A stretch of DNA of 64,000 bases from Nitrospirota bacterium (lineage in GTDB: Bacteria > Nitrospirota > Nitrospiria > 2-01-FULL-66-17): the NCBI GenBank assembly GCA_049325335.1, contig JBMOMC010000007.1:362398-426397 (forward strand), in the 5' to 3' direction. Of the stretch, positions 19,279-28,812 are shown in pieces. The translations under genes were made by a program, and so were the position numbers. The number at the start of each line of letters is the position of its first letter. Within the stretch, counting starts at the first letter, position 1. The notes beneath the pieces are model-generated. The model made no database searches, had not been told where the DNA came from, and worked only from the letters and a program-made list of their open reading frames with translations.

Positions 19279-19557
19279 ATGATCCGGACGTTCCGGCACA
19301 AAGGGCTTGCCAAGTTCTTCGAAAGCGGCCGCAAAGCGGGAATTCTCCCGGATCATGCGGGCAAGCTGCGTCGGATCTTAACCGCCCTTGATCGGGCCAC
19401 CGCACCAAGCGACATGGGGCTCCCAGGCTTTGGGCTCCATCCCCTGACCGGCCGACTCGACGGTTTCTGGGCGGTAACGGTGAGCGGAAACTGGCGCGTC
19501 GTGTTTCGGATGGAGGGGCGTGACGCCTACGACGTGAACTATCTGGATTATCACTGA
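19279..19557 (+). CDS. higB: Type II toxin HigB (RelE/ParE family)
   Basis: MIRTFRHKGL...LHPLTG..GFWAVTVSGNWRVVFR...YLDYH. Confidence 0.93.
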   Translation: MIRTFRHKGLAKFFESGRKAGILPDHAGKLRRILTALDRATAPSDMGLPGFGLHPLTGRLDGFWAVTVSGNWRVVFRMEGRDAYDVNYLDYH

Positions 19558-19571
19558 TGAAGGAGGACGAG

Positions 19572-19886
19572 ATGAACAAGCTGGTAATCGAACGGGCCGG
19601 CCCCATGCACAACCCGCCACACCCCGGGGAGATCCTGCGAGAAGAGGTCCTGGCCCCGCTAGGACTCTCGGTCACCGCGGCAGCCGAGCGCCTTGGTGTC
19701 ACCCGCAAGACGCTCTCTGAATTGCTCAACGGTCGGAGCGGCGTGAGTCCTGAAATGGCATTACGGATCAGCCAAGCGACAGGGACGACGGCTGAGAGTT
19801 GGCTCGGCATGCAGACCGCTTATGATCTGTGGCAGGTCCGCAGAGCGGCGAAGCGACTCAAGGTCAAGAAGTTGGTCGCCGCTTAA
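19572..19886 (+). CDS. higA: Antitoxin HigA (XRE HTH)
   Basis: NPPHPGEIL, LGVTRKTLSELLNG, EMALR, WLGMQTAYDL; AGGAGG RBS before ATG 19572. Confidence 0.93.
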   Translation: MNKLVIERAGPMHNPPHPGEILREEVLAPLGLSVTAAAERLGVTRKTLSELLNGRSGVSPEMALRISQATGTTAESWLGMQTAYDLWQVRRAAKRLKVKKLVAA

Positions 19887-19907
19887 CGCAGTGGCCGTCC
19901 ATACGCT

Positions 19908-21178
19908 TGTGGGTTCCCAATATCCATCGCGCGGTGGAGCCCCCCCTGTCGCCGGCGAATTGGTCATCACGCCGCAATCAGAGTATGGAAGAGCTGGGGG
20001 TCCAGAATATCCGTAGCGCGTGTGGAGCCAGCCGTTTGCGGGCACGGTGATCATGCCGCCAGCCGCTTATAGTGATGGTGTAGACCGCCCACGTCGGCCG
20101 TTTCGATCACGCGCCCACTCGCTGGGGGCGGCACACGTCGCGGGATTGGCGTATCCATGGCCAGCGCGCGGTGCGTGCGCCAGTCGTGATAATAACGGAA
20201 GTAGCGGGTCAGAACGCGCTGGAGATGGCGTTCGCTGAGGACGATGACATGGTCCAGGCACTCGCGGCGCACGCTCCCGATCGGACGCTCCACGAACCGA
20301 TTCTGCCACGGGCTGCGCGGTGCGGTCAGGATCTCCTCGATGCCCAGGCTCGCGACCCGCCTGCGAAACACAGCCCCGTAGACCATATCCCGGTCTCTTC
20401 GCAGATACTTCGGCGCCGTGTCCCACGGGAACGCCTCGACGATCTGTTGCGCACTCCACTGGGCGGTCGGGTGCTCGGTCACGTTGAAATGGACCACACG
20501 GCGCCGATCATGGGCGAGGACCAGTAGCACGAACAACACCGTGTTCCGGATCGTTGATACCGTGAAGAAATCGATGGCCACCAGATCCTTCACATGGTTC
20601 GCCCAGAACGCCCGCCATGTCGGAGACGCTGGCTTTCTCGACCGCACACGATATTTCTCGACCGTCGATTTCGCGACCTCGATGCCGAGTTTACCAAGCT
20701 CCCCGACGATTCGCGGCGAACCCCACATCGGATTCACCTCGGACATCCGTCGGATCAAGGCGCGGACCTCGTTCGCGATCATCGGACGCCCAGGCGTTCG
20801 ATGCCGGCTGAGCCTCGTCCAATGCTCCCGGAACCGCCTTTTCTGCCAGGCGACGATCGTCTCGGGGTGGACGAAGAACAGGGCGTCTCGCCAACGCGAC
20901 CACACGCGAGCCAGGCAGGACCAGAGCAGGCGATCTCCGGCTTCCGTCCGGAGCCGCTTGGCCGTCCGTTGGCAAACGGTGAGTTGGTGGCGGAGCGCGA
21001 TGATCTCGACCTGCATCGACACCCGGGAGCGAAGCAACGTGACGACAAACGCGAACAGCGCAGCGACAATGGGCTTCATGTTTCCCGACGCGATCCTCCC
21101 TGGTGGCTTCTGGCCAGGGTGACCGCCATCGAGAAAAAAAATCAAGAATTCTGAGGACTACGAATTCTCGGACAGACA
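19908..21178 (-). mobile_element. IS-like element with rve/DDE transposase and degenerate TG...CA ends
   Basis: Ends TGTGGGTTCCCAATATCC (19908) and GAATTCTCGGACAGACA (21178); no target duplication seen. Confidence 0.5.
20051..21079 (-). CDS. Integrase-core (rve) DDE transposase
   Basis: WGSPRIVGEL HTH, AIDFFTV, RDRD, ER.IGSVRRECLD, YYH..RTH, GGLHHHY. Confidence 0.88.
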   Translation of the reverse strand: MKPIVAALFAFVVTLLRSRVSMQVEIIALRHQLTVCQRTAKRLRTEAGDRLLWSCLARVWSRWRDALFFVHPETIVAWQKRRFREHWTRLSRHRTPGRPMIANEVRALIRRMSEVNPMWGSPRIVGELGKLGIEVAKSTVEKYRVRSRKPASPTWRAFWANHVKDLVAIDFFTVSTIRNTVLFVLLVLAHDRRRVVHFNVTEHPTAQWSAQQIVEAFPWDTAPKYLRRDRDMVYGAVFRRRVASLGIEEILTAPRSPWQNRFVERPIGSVRRECLDHVIVLSERHLQRVLTRYFRYYHDWRTHRALAMDTPIPRRVPPPASGRVIETADVGGLHHHYKRLAA

Positions 21179-21538
21179 GGAGCGACCGTTTTGAGCAAGG
21201 ATGGAATACCATTGAGGATATCTCGCCAGAGACGTTCGCAGAATTCGGAGTCTGGCACCTGCCAACGCGTGCAAAGCGATTCCCGAGGAGCTATTCCCGG
21301 TGACAAGGCAAGTGTGCGCGACCCGAGCCGCCGGTGGTCCTAAACCTAACAGGGACGGCTCGCCGAGCGACTTCTCGATAGGATTGGCCCCCTTTTGCGA
21401 GGGATGGAAGCCGTTTGCCGCCGTAAAAGGCAGGAAGTGCCCAAGAAAAACGAGAGGAAAATCCGCAACTATCCGCAACCGCCTGATGACCACTTATCAG
21501 CAGGTCACCCTCTCTTCCATCTAAGACATTGATGTTAT

Positions 21539-21613
21539 TGGAGCCGGCGGTCGGGATTGAACCGACGACCTGCTGATTACGAATCAGCTGCTCTACCACT
21601 GAGCTACGCCGGC
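21539..21613 (-). tRNA. tRNA-Thr (anticodon CGT), CCA encoded
   Basis: GCCGGCG acceptor stem, GCTGA-TTCGTAA-TCAGC anticodon arm, GGTTCAATCC T-arm. Confidence 0.97.
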
Positions 21614-21635
21614 GCGGCGAATGCGGGAAGAACGA

Positions 21636-22595
21636 TTAGAGCGGCTGGATCGGTACTGTAGTGGAATCAGTCGGCGAAGTCAACGCGGGCGGACTCTGCG
21701 GCTCGGCGGATGACTCCACGCGCGGCGCGGCCGCGACGGGTTTTGGCGCCGGCGCCGGCGCGGTCACCGCGCCTCGGGGCAACACCAGGGTCCGAACTCT
21801 GCCGCTCGCGCCCAGGGAAGGCCAGGCCTCGCCGTTGACCTCGATCGACACGCCGCCCGCGTTGCCGACCGTAAGCCGGAAATGTTTCTGCGCGGTCCAT
21901 TCCACGCGTTGCCCCGGCTGCATCAAGGCTTCGTGGGTCTCGGTCTCGTCAACGATCGCCTGTACCCACGCCGGTTCACTCGCGGTGATGACCAACCGCT
22001 GCACGGGCGCGGCGACGGCCGGCTGCGGGTTCGCAGCGGGGGCGGGGGACGGCGGGGCCGAAATCGCGACGCCGGCGCCTTCGGCCGATGGAGACAGCGG
22101 CGGCGCCGCGTCCGGTTGACTCGTCGCGGGTTCCTCGGCGGGCGGCGCATCCGCCGCCGGAGGCGGCAACGTGAGCGGGGCTGAGATGGCGGTGGGGTGC
22201 TCGGGCGCCGCGCGCGGGCCCCACAACGTCACGGCCGAGACCACCACCATCACCCCGGCGGCCACCAACCCGACGGCCGTCAACCGGTGTTGCAACACAC
22301 GGGAGCGATCGGGCTCCACCACGCGTTTGACCGGGTCGGCCTCATGCGCGATCTGGAAATATTCGGCCGCGTACTGTTGGTACCGCGCCATCACGTCGCG
22401 CTCGTCCAGACCCAGACACCGCGCGTAGGAGCGCAGAAACCCCTTGACGGTCACTTCCGCGGGCAATGAAGCGTAGTTGTCCCGCTCCAACGCCTCCAAG
22501 GTCTCCATGCGAATGCGCGTCCGCGTGGCCACCTCTTCCAGCGACACCCCGTGCGCGCCGCGTTGGGCGCGCAAATATTGTCCAAGACTTTCCAT
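21636..22595 (-). CDS. rodZ: RodZ-like protein (HTH, TM, Pro-rich linker, DUF4115)
   Basis: SLGQYLR..R, GFLRSYARCLGL, one TM, GNAGGVSIEVNG. Confidence 0.85.
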   Translation of the reverse strand: MESLGQYLRAQRGAHGVSLEEVATRTRIRMETLEALERDNYASLPAEVTVKGFLRSYARCLGLDERDVMARYQQYAAEYFQIAHEADPVKRVVEPDRSRVLQHRLTAVGLVAAGVMVVVSAVTLWGPRAAPEHPTAISAPLTLPPPAADAPPAEEPATSQPDAAPPLSPSAEGAGVAISAPPSPAPAANPQPAVAAPVQRLVITASEPAWVQAIVDETETHEALMQPGQRVEWTAQKHFRLTVGNAGGVSIEVNGEAWPSLGASGRVRTLVLPRGAVTAPAPAPKPVAAAPRVESSAEPQSPPALTSPTDSTTVPIQPL

Positions 22596-22609
22596 GACCC
22601 CGTGACTCC

Positions 22610-23401
22610 CTACCGCGTCCCTTCCTGCGGACTCCCGATCTGCGCGTTCGCATCCTCCGCCCAGCGGCTGCCGGGCGCCAACGTCACCACTTTTCGGTAC
22701 GCCTCACGTGCCTGCTCGGTTTTCCCGGCGCGGGTATACACCTTGGCCAAGCGATAATGCGCTTCGGCGAAATTCGGGGCCTGCTTCACCACGGTTTCAT
22801 ACGCCGCCATCGCCCGCGGGATGTCGTTCTGCTCCTCGTAAATCCGCCCCGCCTCGAACGCGGCCAACACGTGGGTCGGATTGATGCGCAGCGCGGCGGT
22901 GAACGCGCGCAACGCGGCATCGGGTTGCGCGCGTTTGACGTACAGTTTGCCCTTGTTGTAGTGGGCCAATTCAGGAGTGGCGTACTGCGGGAAGCTTAGC
23001 GCGCGGTCGTAGGACTCCAGGGCCAGATCGCTCTGGCCCTGCTCCTCGTACACTTTCCCCAGGTAGTTCCACGCGGCCGCGTCGTCGGATTTGAGTTTAA
23101 TCGCGCGTCGAAACTCGCGTGCCGCCTCGTCGAAGTTCTCTTTGAGAAAATACACGTGGCCCAACGCGTAGTGCGTGTCCCGATCTTTGGGATTGAGCTC
23201 CGCGGCTTTTTGAAACTCCACGAACGCGGGCTGCAATTGTTGGTCGATCAAGTGCGCGTACCCCATCTTGTAGTGCGCGTCGGCCCTCCGTAGATCGGCC
23301 TGGTTCGCGCAAGCAGAAAGGAGTATAGCAGACAAACCCAGTACGCGGCCGAAGCCCCATCCAGGGCCCCGTCGCCCTTCCAAGGCGCGTCCATGCACCA
23401 C
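22610..23401 (-). CDS. TPR lipoprotein, PilW/PilF-like (start uncertain)
   Basis: LLSAC lipobox, multiple TPRs, P.YATPE motif; adjacent to rodZ. Confidence 0.75.
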   Translation of the reverse strand: MVHGRALEGRRGPGWGFGRVLGLSAILLSACANQADLRRADAHYKMGYAHLIDQQLQPAFVEFQKAAELNPKDRDTHYALGHVYFLKENFDEAAREFRRAIKLKSDDAAAWNYLGKVYEEQGQSDLALESYDRALSFPQYATPELAHYNKGKLYVKRAQPDAALRAFTAALRINPTHVLAAFEAGRIYEEQNDIPRAMAAYETVVKQAPNFAEAHYRLAKVYTRAGKTEQAREAYRKVVTLAPGSRWAEDANAQIGSPQEGTR

Positions 23402-23413
23402 GGATTCTCCTCC

Positions 23414-24328
23414 TTAGGCGTCGATGTCTTCGAAAAACGTGAGGTGCTTGAACTCGCGATAACGATGTTGGATCTCCAACCTGGTCAAGGTGCGGAAGCG
23501 GTCCAGGCTGAACGCTTCCACGCAGTAGGACGCCAACACGCTCCCGAAAATGACCGCCTTGCACAAATTGGCGTGATCCAACGACGGGTGCTTGGCCAAG
23601 TGCCCCAGAAACCCGCCCGCGAAACTGTCGCCCGCGCCGGTGGGATCGAAGACATTCTCCAACGGAAACGCGGGGGCCGCGAACACCTTCCCGCCGGAAA
23701 ACAACACGGCGCCGTGTTCCCCGCGCTTGATGATCACGGTACGGGGCCCCATACCCATGATCGCCCGGCTGGCCTTGACGAGGTTCACTTCCCCGGCCAA
23801 CTGGCGGGCCTCGCCGTCGTTGATGATCAAGACATCCACCTCGCGCAGCGTGCGCACCAATTCGCCCTTTTTCCCCGCGATCCAAAAGTTCATGGTGTCG
23901 CAGGCCACGATTTTCGGACGGGTGACTTGCCCCAGCACGTCGCGCTGCAACACGGGGTCGATGTTGGCCAGGAACACGAGCCCGGGCGTCCGGTACGCGT
24001 CCGGCACGCGCGGCGCGAACCGCTCGAACACGTTGAGCTGGGTTTCCAGGGTATGGGCCTCGTTCAGTTGGTAGCTGTATTCGCCGCGCCAGCGGAACGT
24101 CTTGCCCTTTCCGGTTTCGATCCCGGCGATGTCGATCCCGCGAGCGCGCAAGAACTCCAAATGCGACGCGGGAAAATCCTCGCCCACGGTCGCCACCACG
24201 TTCACCGGCGTGAAATACGACGCCGCGGTCGAAAAATACGTGGCCGACCCCCCGAGCACTTCCGTCGCCTCCCCGAACGGGGTTTTCACCGAATCCAGCG
24301 CGACCGACCCCACCACCAGCAAACTCAT
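23414..24328 (-). CDS. PfkB family sugar/nucleoside kinase
   Basis: GGSATY, DPTGAGDSFAGG PfkB signature. Confidence 0.92.
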   Translation of the reverse strand: MSLLVVGSVALDSVKTPFGEATEVLGGSATYFSTAASYFTPVNVVATVGEDFPASHLEFLRARGIDIAGIETGKGKTFRWRGEYSYQLNEAHTLETQLNVFERFAPRVPDAYRTPGLVFLANIDPVLQRDVLGQVTRPKIVACDTMNFWIAGKKGELVRTLREVDVLIINDGEARQLAGEVNLVKASRAIMGMGPRTVIIKRGEHGAVLFSGGKVFAAPAFPLENVFDPTGAGDSFAGGFLGHLAKHPSLDHANLCKAVIFGSVLASYCVEAFSLDRFRTLTRLEIQHRYREFKHLTFFEDIDA

Positions 24329-25056
24329 GCGCCACACTCCTTTTCCACGGCCCTCGTCGCATCCCCCGGACGCGGCAACAGGCTCACCAAGTTCGTCGCG
24401 GCCATCGACAGGACGTCCTGCAGCCGCACGTCTTCCGTCACGGACTCCTCCACGGCTTCGGTGCCGCCTTCGCCGCTCCATACGATGTTGCCGCACCGGC
24501 TGTCCCATACTTCACCCACCAGGCGGATGCGTTGGACGCGTTCCGCGGTCCGCTTCGGGGCGCCCAGCCCCGGAGTGACGACCACGGTGGCCGGCCCCGC
24601 CTGGTCTCGCATGGTGCGTTCGTATCGGGCGATGCGGGCCACCAGAAAATACCGCACGCCTTCGGCCGACGCCAGGCGCCTGAGCAAACCCGCGTCCATC
24701 GCGCCCCGCGATTCATAATGACGCAGCAGGCGGCTCAGGTCCTCGCTCATCCCCACTTCCCGCGCACGGACCGCCGCGTCCCCGTGCAGAACGACCCGGA
24801 CTTTGGTCAGGTAATTGGACGCGGCTTGGTCCAACACGAACGCCACGTCTTCGCGAATGCCCTCGGGCGCCACCGTGGACGTCACCCCCAACATCCCCAG
24901 ACCGCCCGATTTGAGCCGGGGCCAGTCAAAGTAGTCCGCGCGATACACCTGGGTCTCGTCGTGGGACAATGCCGGCCCCATCGGCGTGGTGGCGCAGCCT
25001 GCCGTCATCCACGCGGCCAGCGCCACGCCCCACGCCGCGCGGTGCGTCCGATTCAT
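24325..25056 (-). CDS. Hypothetical lipoprotein
   Basis: MNRTHR...MTAGC lipobox; overlaps both neighbours by 4 nt. Confidence 0.7.
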   Translation of the reverse strand: MNRTHRAAWGVALAAWMTAGCATTPMGPALSHDETQVYRADYFDWPRLKSGGLGMLGVTSTVAPEGIREDVAFVLDQAASNYLTKVRVVLHGDAAVRAREVGMSEDLSRLLRHYESRGAMDAGLLRRLASAEGVRYFLVARIARYERTMRDQAGPATVVVTPGLGAPKRTAERVQRIRLVGEVWDSRCGNIVWSGEGGTEAVEESVTEDVRLQDVLSMAATNLVSLLPRPGDATRAVEKECGA

Positions 25057-25940
25057 CCCCGCCCCGCCAGCAGGAGTTTGAGCCGCGTCTTGGCGCGCGC
25101 GGACCCGGCCTCGGGCCTGGTAATGATCGCGTAACGCAACGCCTCCCCGCAGCGGCAACCCCGCGCGGCGGCGATCGTCGGCACCACCGCGGCCAGCACC
25201 TGTTTGGCTTTGGCCACGTTTTCGTGCAGCAGTTTGATCACCGCCTCGACCGTCACCGCCGATTCCTCCTGGTGCCAACAGTCGTAATCGGTCACCAACG
25301 CCAATGTCGCGTAGCAGATTTCCGCCTCGCGCGCGAGTTTGGCTTCGGTAGCGTTGGTCATGCCGATCACGTCCACGCCCCACTGCCGGTAGATCAGCGA
25401 CTCCCCGCGGCTGGAGAACTGCGGCCCCTCCATGCACAGGTACGTTCCGCCCTCGTGCGCGGGGAATCCTCGGCCGCGGCACGCTTTGGCCAGCGCGCCG
25501 GTGAGCTCGGGACACACCGGATCGCCGAACGCCACGTGCGCCACGATCCCGCCCTCGAAGAACGTGGAGACCCGGTGTTTGGTGTGATCGTAGAACTGAT
25601 CCGGGATCAACAACTCCCCGGGATGGATCGTTTCCTTCATACTGCCCACCGCGCTGACCGAAAGAATGCGTTCCACGCCCAGTTGCTTCATGGCGTGGAT
25701 GTTCGCGCGGTACGGAATCTGCGTGGGCGAGTGCCGGTGTCCAGCGCCGTGCCGCGCCAGAAACGCCACGTCCACCCCGTTGAGCGCCCCGATCGTCACC
25801 GCGTCGGACGGCTCGCCGAACGGCGTGCGCACGCGCACGCGGCGTTGGGCCGTGAATCCCTCCATCTCGTACAACCCGCTGCCCCCAATGATCCCGATCC
25901 GCGCCTTGGCCGCGGACCGGGCGGTTTTCGTTTTCGCCAT
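25053..25940 (-). CDS. mtnP: S-methyl-5'-thioadenosine phosphorylase
   Basis: GIIGGSGLY, LARHG, EGPQFS, GMT...EA.LARE, VTDYDCW. Confidence 0.94.
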   Translation of the reverse strand: MAKTKTARSAAKARIGIIGGSGLYEMEGFTAQRRVRVRTPFGEPSDAVTIGALNGVDVAFLARHGAGHRHSPTQIPYRANIHAMKQLGVERILSVSAVGSMKETIHPGELLIPDQFYDHTKHRVSTFFEGGIVAHVAFGDPVCPELTGALAKACRGRGFPAHEGGTYLCMEGPQFSSRGESLIYRQWGVDVIGMTNATEAKLAREAEICYATLALVTDYDCWHQEESAVTVEAVIKLLHENVAKAKQVLAAVVPTIAAARGCRCGEALRYAIITRPEAGSARAKTRLKLLLAGRG

Positions 25941-26974
25941 CACCCTCTCCGGTCTTGTGCCGCGCACGTGGCGTCATCTAGACACGCCGCCGCGCGATCC
26001 ACGAGTTCATCCACGCGCGCGTCCGCCCCCGCATCCACCCAGTGAATGGACGGGTCCGCGCCGAACCACGTCATCTGCCGCTTGGCATACCGCCGGCTGT
26101 CCCGCTTGATCAATCGGATCGCCTCGTCCAGGTCGTACGCCCCGCGCAGCGCGCCCGCGAGTTGACGATACCCCACCGCGCGCATCCCGGGCGCGTCCGC
26201 GCCGTACCCGGCCCGCATCAGCCCTTCGACCTCGGCCGCGAGCCCTTGGGCGATCATCGCGTCCGCGCGCGCGTCGATGCGGGCGTAGAGATCGTCCCGC
26301 GCGCGACGCAGACCGATCACCACCGCGTCGTATTGCGGAGCGCGAAACCCGTGCGCGTGTTGGCGGACCGACAATGGGACACCGGTGACCTCGAACACTT
26401 CGACCGCGCGCAGCGCCTTGGGTAGATCATGGGGATGGATCGCGGCCGCCGAGGCCGGGTCCACCTCGCTCACGCGCCGATAGACCACGCCAGGCTCCTC
26501 GCGTTCACGCGCCAACCAGGCCGCGCGCAGCACGGGATCGGCGGTGGGTCCGTCGCACAGTCCCCACAACAGGGCGCGCAGGTACAGCCCGGTCCCGCCG
26601 ACCACCAGCGGTCGCGAGCCCCGCGCGCGCAATGCCTCCAGGCACGCAGCCGCGTCGCGCGCGTACCGCCCCGCGCTGTAGGCCTCGTCCGGGTCCACCA
26701 GATCGATCAGATGGTGCGGCACCCAAGCCCGCTCGGCGGGGGTTGGTTTGGCGGTCCCGATCTCCATCTTACGGTAGACCTGACGCGAATCCGCGCACAC
26801 GATCTCCGCGCCCAGCCGGTCAGCGAGTCGGAGAGCGACTTCGCTTTTGCCGACCGCGGTAGGACCGACTAAGCACACGAGAGGGAGGTGGGGGGAAGGG
26901 GGGAAGGGGGGGGATGTATCAAGACCTTCTCCCCGGCTCTCCCGTTCCCCGACTCTCCCCACCGGTTTCATCAT
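25940..26974 (-). CDS. miaA: tRNA dimethylallyltransferase with repeat-encoded N-terminal extension
   Basis: GPTAVGKS, DSRQVY, GTAKP, VGGTGLY, YAKRQMTW. Confidence 0.95.
   Translation of the reverse strand: MMKPVGRVGERESRGEGLDTSPPFPPSPHLPLVCLVGPTAVGKSEVALRLADRLGAEIVCADSRQVYRKMEIGTAKPTPAERAWVPHHLIDLVDPDEAYSAGRYARDAAACLEALRARGSRPLVVGGTGLYLRALLWGLCDGPTADPVLRAAWLAREREEPGVVYRRVSEVDPASAAAIHPHDLPKALRAVEVFEVTGVPLSVRQHAHGFRAPQYDAVVIGLRRARDDLYARIDARADAMIAQGLAAEVEGLMRAGYGADAPGMRAVGYRQLAGALRGAYDLDEAIRLIKRDSRRYAKRQMTWFGADPSIHWVDAGADARVDELVDRAAACLDDATCAAQDRRG
26881..26960. repeat. Bipartite 8-mer tandem repeat element inside the miaA 5' end
   Basis: GGGGGAAG-type arm + spacer ATGTATCAAGACC + TCCCCGGC/TCCCCGAC-type arm; same layout as 4324-4416, inverted. 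Confidence 0.7.
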
Positions 26975-28728
26975 CCCGCCCGCCCGAACGCGCGCTCCAA
27001 ATCCTGCGGCGCGAAGCGCAGCGCCACGGGCCGGCCGTGCGGGCAGGTGGCGTTGCGCGGCGTGTTCACCAAGTCCCGCACCAAGGCGCGGGTGGTCTCG
27101 TCATCCAATCGCTGGTGGGCCTTGACCGCGGCGTGACAGGCGGCCGTGGCCAAGAGGCGGTGAACCGTGTCCGGCGTCTCGACCGGTTCGTCGTCAGCCA
27201 ACGCGTCCACCATCTCCCGGACCAACGTTCTCCACGCGGACCCCGCCAGCAGCGCGGGCACTGCGCGCACCACGAACGTGTTGGCGCCGAACGGCTCGAT
27301 GTCGATACCCGCCTCGCGCAACGCGTCGAGTCGTCCGTATATCGCGGTTGCCTGATCCGCCGGGTACTCGCAGGTCTCCGGGATCAACAACGGTTGCATC
27401 GGCTGATCACCGGCTGCGTGCGCCGCGGCCAACCGTTCGTACAACACGCGCTCGTGCGCCGCATGTTGATCGATCACGCGCAGCTCGCCGTCCACTTCGG
27501 CCAACACATAGGTTCGGTCGAACTGACCGAAGTACCGAAACAGCGGCCCCATCGCGGGCAACGGCGTTGCCCGCGGTTCCGAGACCACCATTTCCAGCGA
27601 CCGATATCCGGCTGGAGACTCGGCCACCACCGAATCGGTGCTCGACGCATCGGGCCACGACACCTCGGTCCGCGCGCCGCCGGACGGCTGCTCGTCGATC
27701 CTGGCCAAGGCCTCGGCGATGGCCGTAGTCACGAGTCGGACCACCTCATCCGGGTGCGCGAACCGCACCTCCCGTTTGGCCGGATGGACGTTGACGTCCA
27801 CCTCGGATCCCGGCATCCGGAGAAACAATGCCACCACCGGATGCCGGCCGGTCATCAACCGCGTGGCATAGGCCTGATCCACCGCGCGCAGGAAGACCGG
27901 ATGGCGGACCGGGCGGCCGTTGACGTACCAATCTTGCCCCTTGCGGGTCGCGCGATCGATCTCCGGGCGGGAGCAATAGCCGAGCACTTCCATTTCGCCG
28001 CGCACGCGCCGAACCGGGATGAGCCGCTCGCGCGCGGCCTCGCGTCCGTATATCTGAGCCAACCGCTCCGCCAGATCGCGCGCCGCCGGATACGCCAGCA
28101 CGCTCCGCCCCTCGTGGGTCAACGTGAACGCCACGTCCGGCCTGGCCAGAGCGTGCTGCTGCGCGACTGCGCAGACGTGCGAGAGTTCGGCGGCCGCGGA
28201 TTTGAGAAATTTTTGACGCGCCGGCGTGTGTGCGAACAGATCCGCCACCGCCATCGTGGTCCCGACGCGCGGCGGGCTCGGCGCGCGTCGCACGATTCGT
28301 CCGCCGTCGATTTCGATCTCCGCGCCGTCGGCGCTCCCTGGCCTCGCGCTGCTCGCGCGCACGCGGGCCACCGACGCGATGCTGGGCAACGCCTCCCCGC
28401 GAAACCCCAGCGTGCTCAACGCGTCAAGATCCTCCAGCGACCCGATCTTACTCGTGGCGTGGCGCTCGAACGCCAGGGCCAAATCCTCCGGCGCCATGCC
28501 CTCCCCGTCGTCCGACACCGTGATCGACCACAACCCGGGACAGGCCGTCTCCACGTCGATCCGCCGCGCCCCCGCGTCCAACGCGTTTTCGATGAGCTCC
28601 TTCACCACCGACGCGGGCCGCTCGATCACTTCTCCCGCCGCGATCCGATCCACCAAGGCGTCGGGCAAACGACGAATCCGCCCGGCTGCACCTGGAGCAA
28701 TCGTCTGTTCTGGAAACGGCACAGTCAT
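26971..28728 (-). CDS. mutL: DNA mismatch repair endonuclease MutL
   Basis: IAAGEVIERPASVVKEL.EN, GFRGEAL, DVNVHPAK, DQHAAHER, ACH, CPHGRP. Confidence 0.96.
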   Translation of the reverse strand: MTVPFPEQTIAPGAAGRIRRLPDALVDRIAAGEVIERPASVVKELIENALDAGARRIDVETACPGLWSITVSDDGEGMAPEDLALAFERHATSKIGSLEDLDALSTLGFRGEALPSIASVARVRASSARPGSADGAEIEIDGGRIVRRAPSPPRVGTTMAVADLFAHTPARQKFLKSAAAELSHVCAVAQQHALARPDVAFTLTHEGRSVLAYPAARDLAERLAQIYGREAARERLIPVRRVRGEMEVLGYCSRPEIDRATRKGQDWYVNGRPVRHPVFLRAVDQAYATRLMTGRHPVVALFLRMPGSEVDVNVHPAKREVRFAHPDEVVRLVTTAIAEALARIDEQPSGGARTEVSWPDASSTDSVVAESPAGYRSLEMVVSEPRATPLPAMGPLFRYFGQFDRTYVLAEVDGELRVIDQHAAHERVLYERLAAAHAAGDQPMQPLLIPETCEYPADQATAIYGRLDALREAGIDIEPFGANTFVVRAVPALLAGSAWRTLVREMVDALADDEPVETPDTVHRLLATAACHAAVKAHQRLDDETTRALVRDLVNTPRNATCPHGRPVALRFAPQDLERAFGRAG

Positions 28729-28812
28729 CACCAAGAGGAACGGGTGGTATGTACGTGAGGAGCGGATGCGCAGCGACAACGCCGCAGATGGCCATTCATC
28801 GCCAGGCTCCTG

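Larger units (their letters stand above)
18651..21583. mobile_element. Small genomic island integrated at tRNA-Thr(CGT), no integrase gene
   Basis: Flanked by a 45-bp tRNA 3'-end direct repeat; carries higBA and an rve transposase; less GC-rich by eye. Confidence 0.85.

Noticed and set aside
21103..21303. Small ORF next to the transposase
   Set aside because: Straddles the presumed IS end; no RBS or motif, at most a remnant
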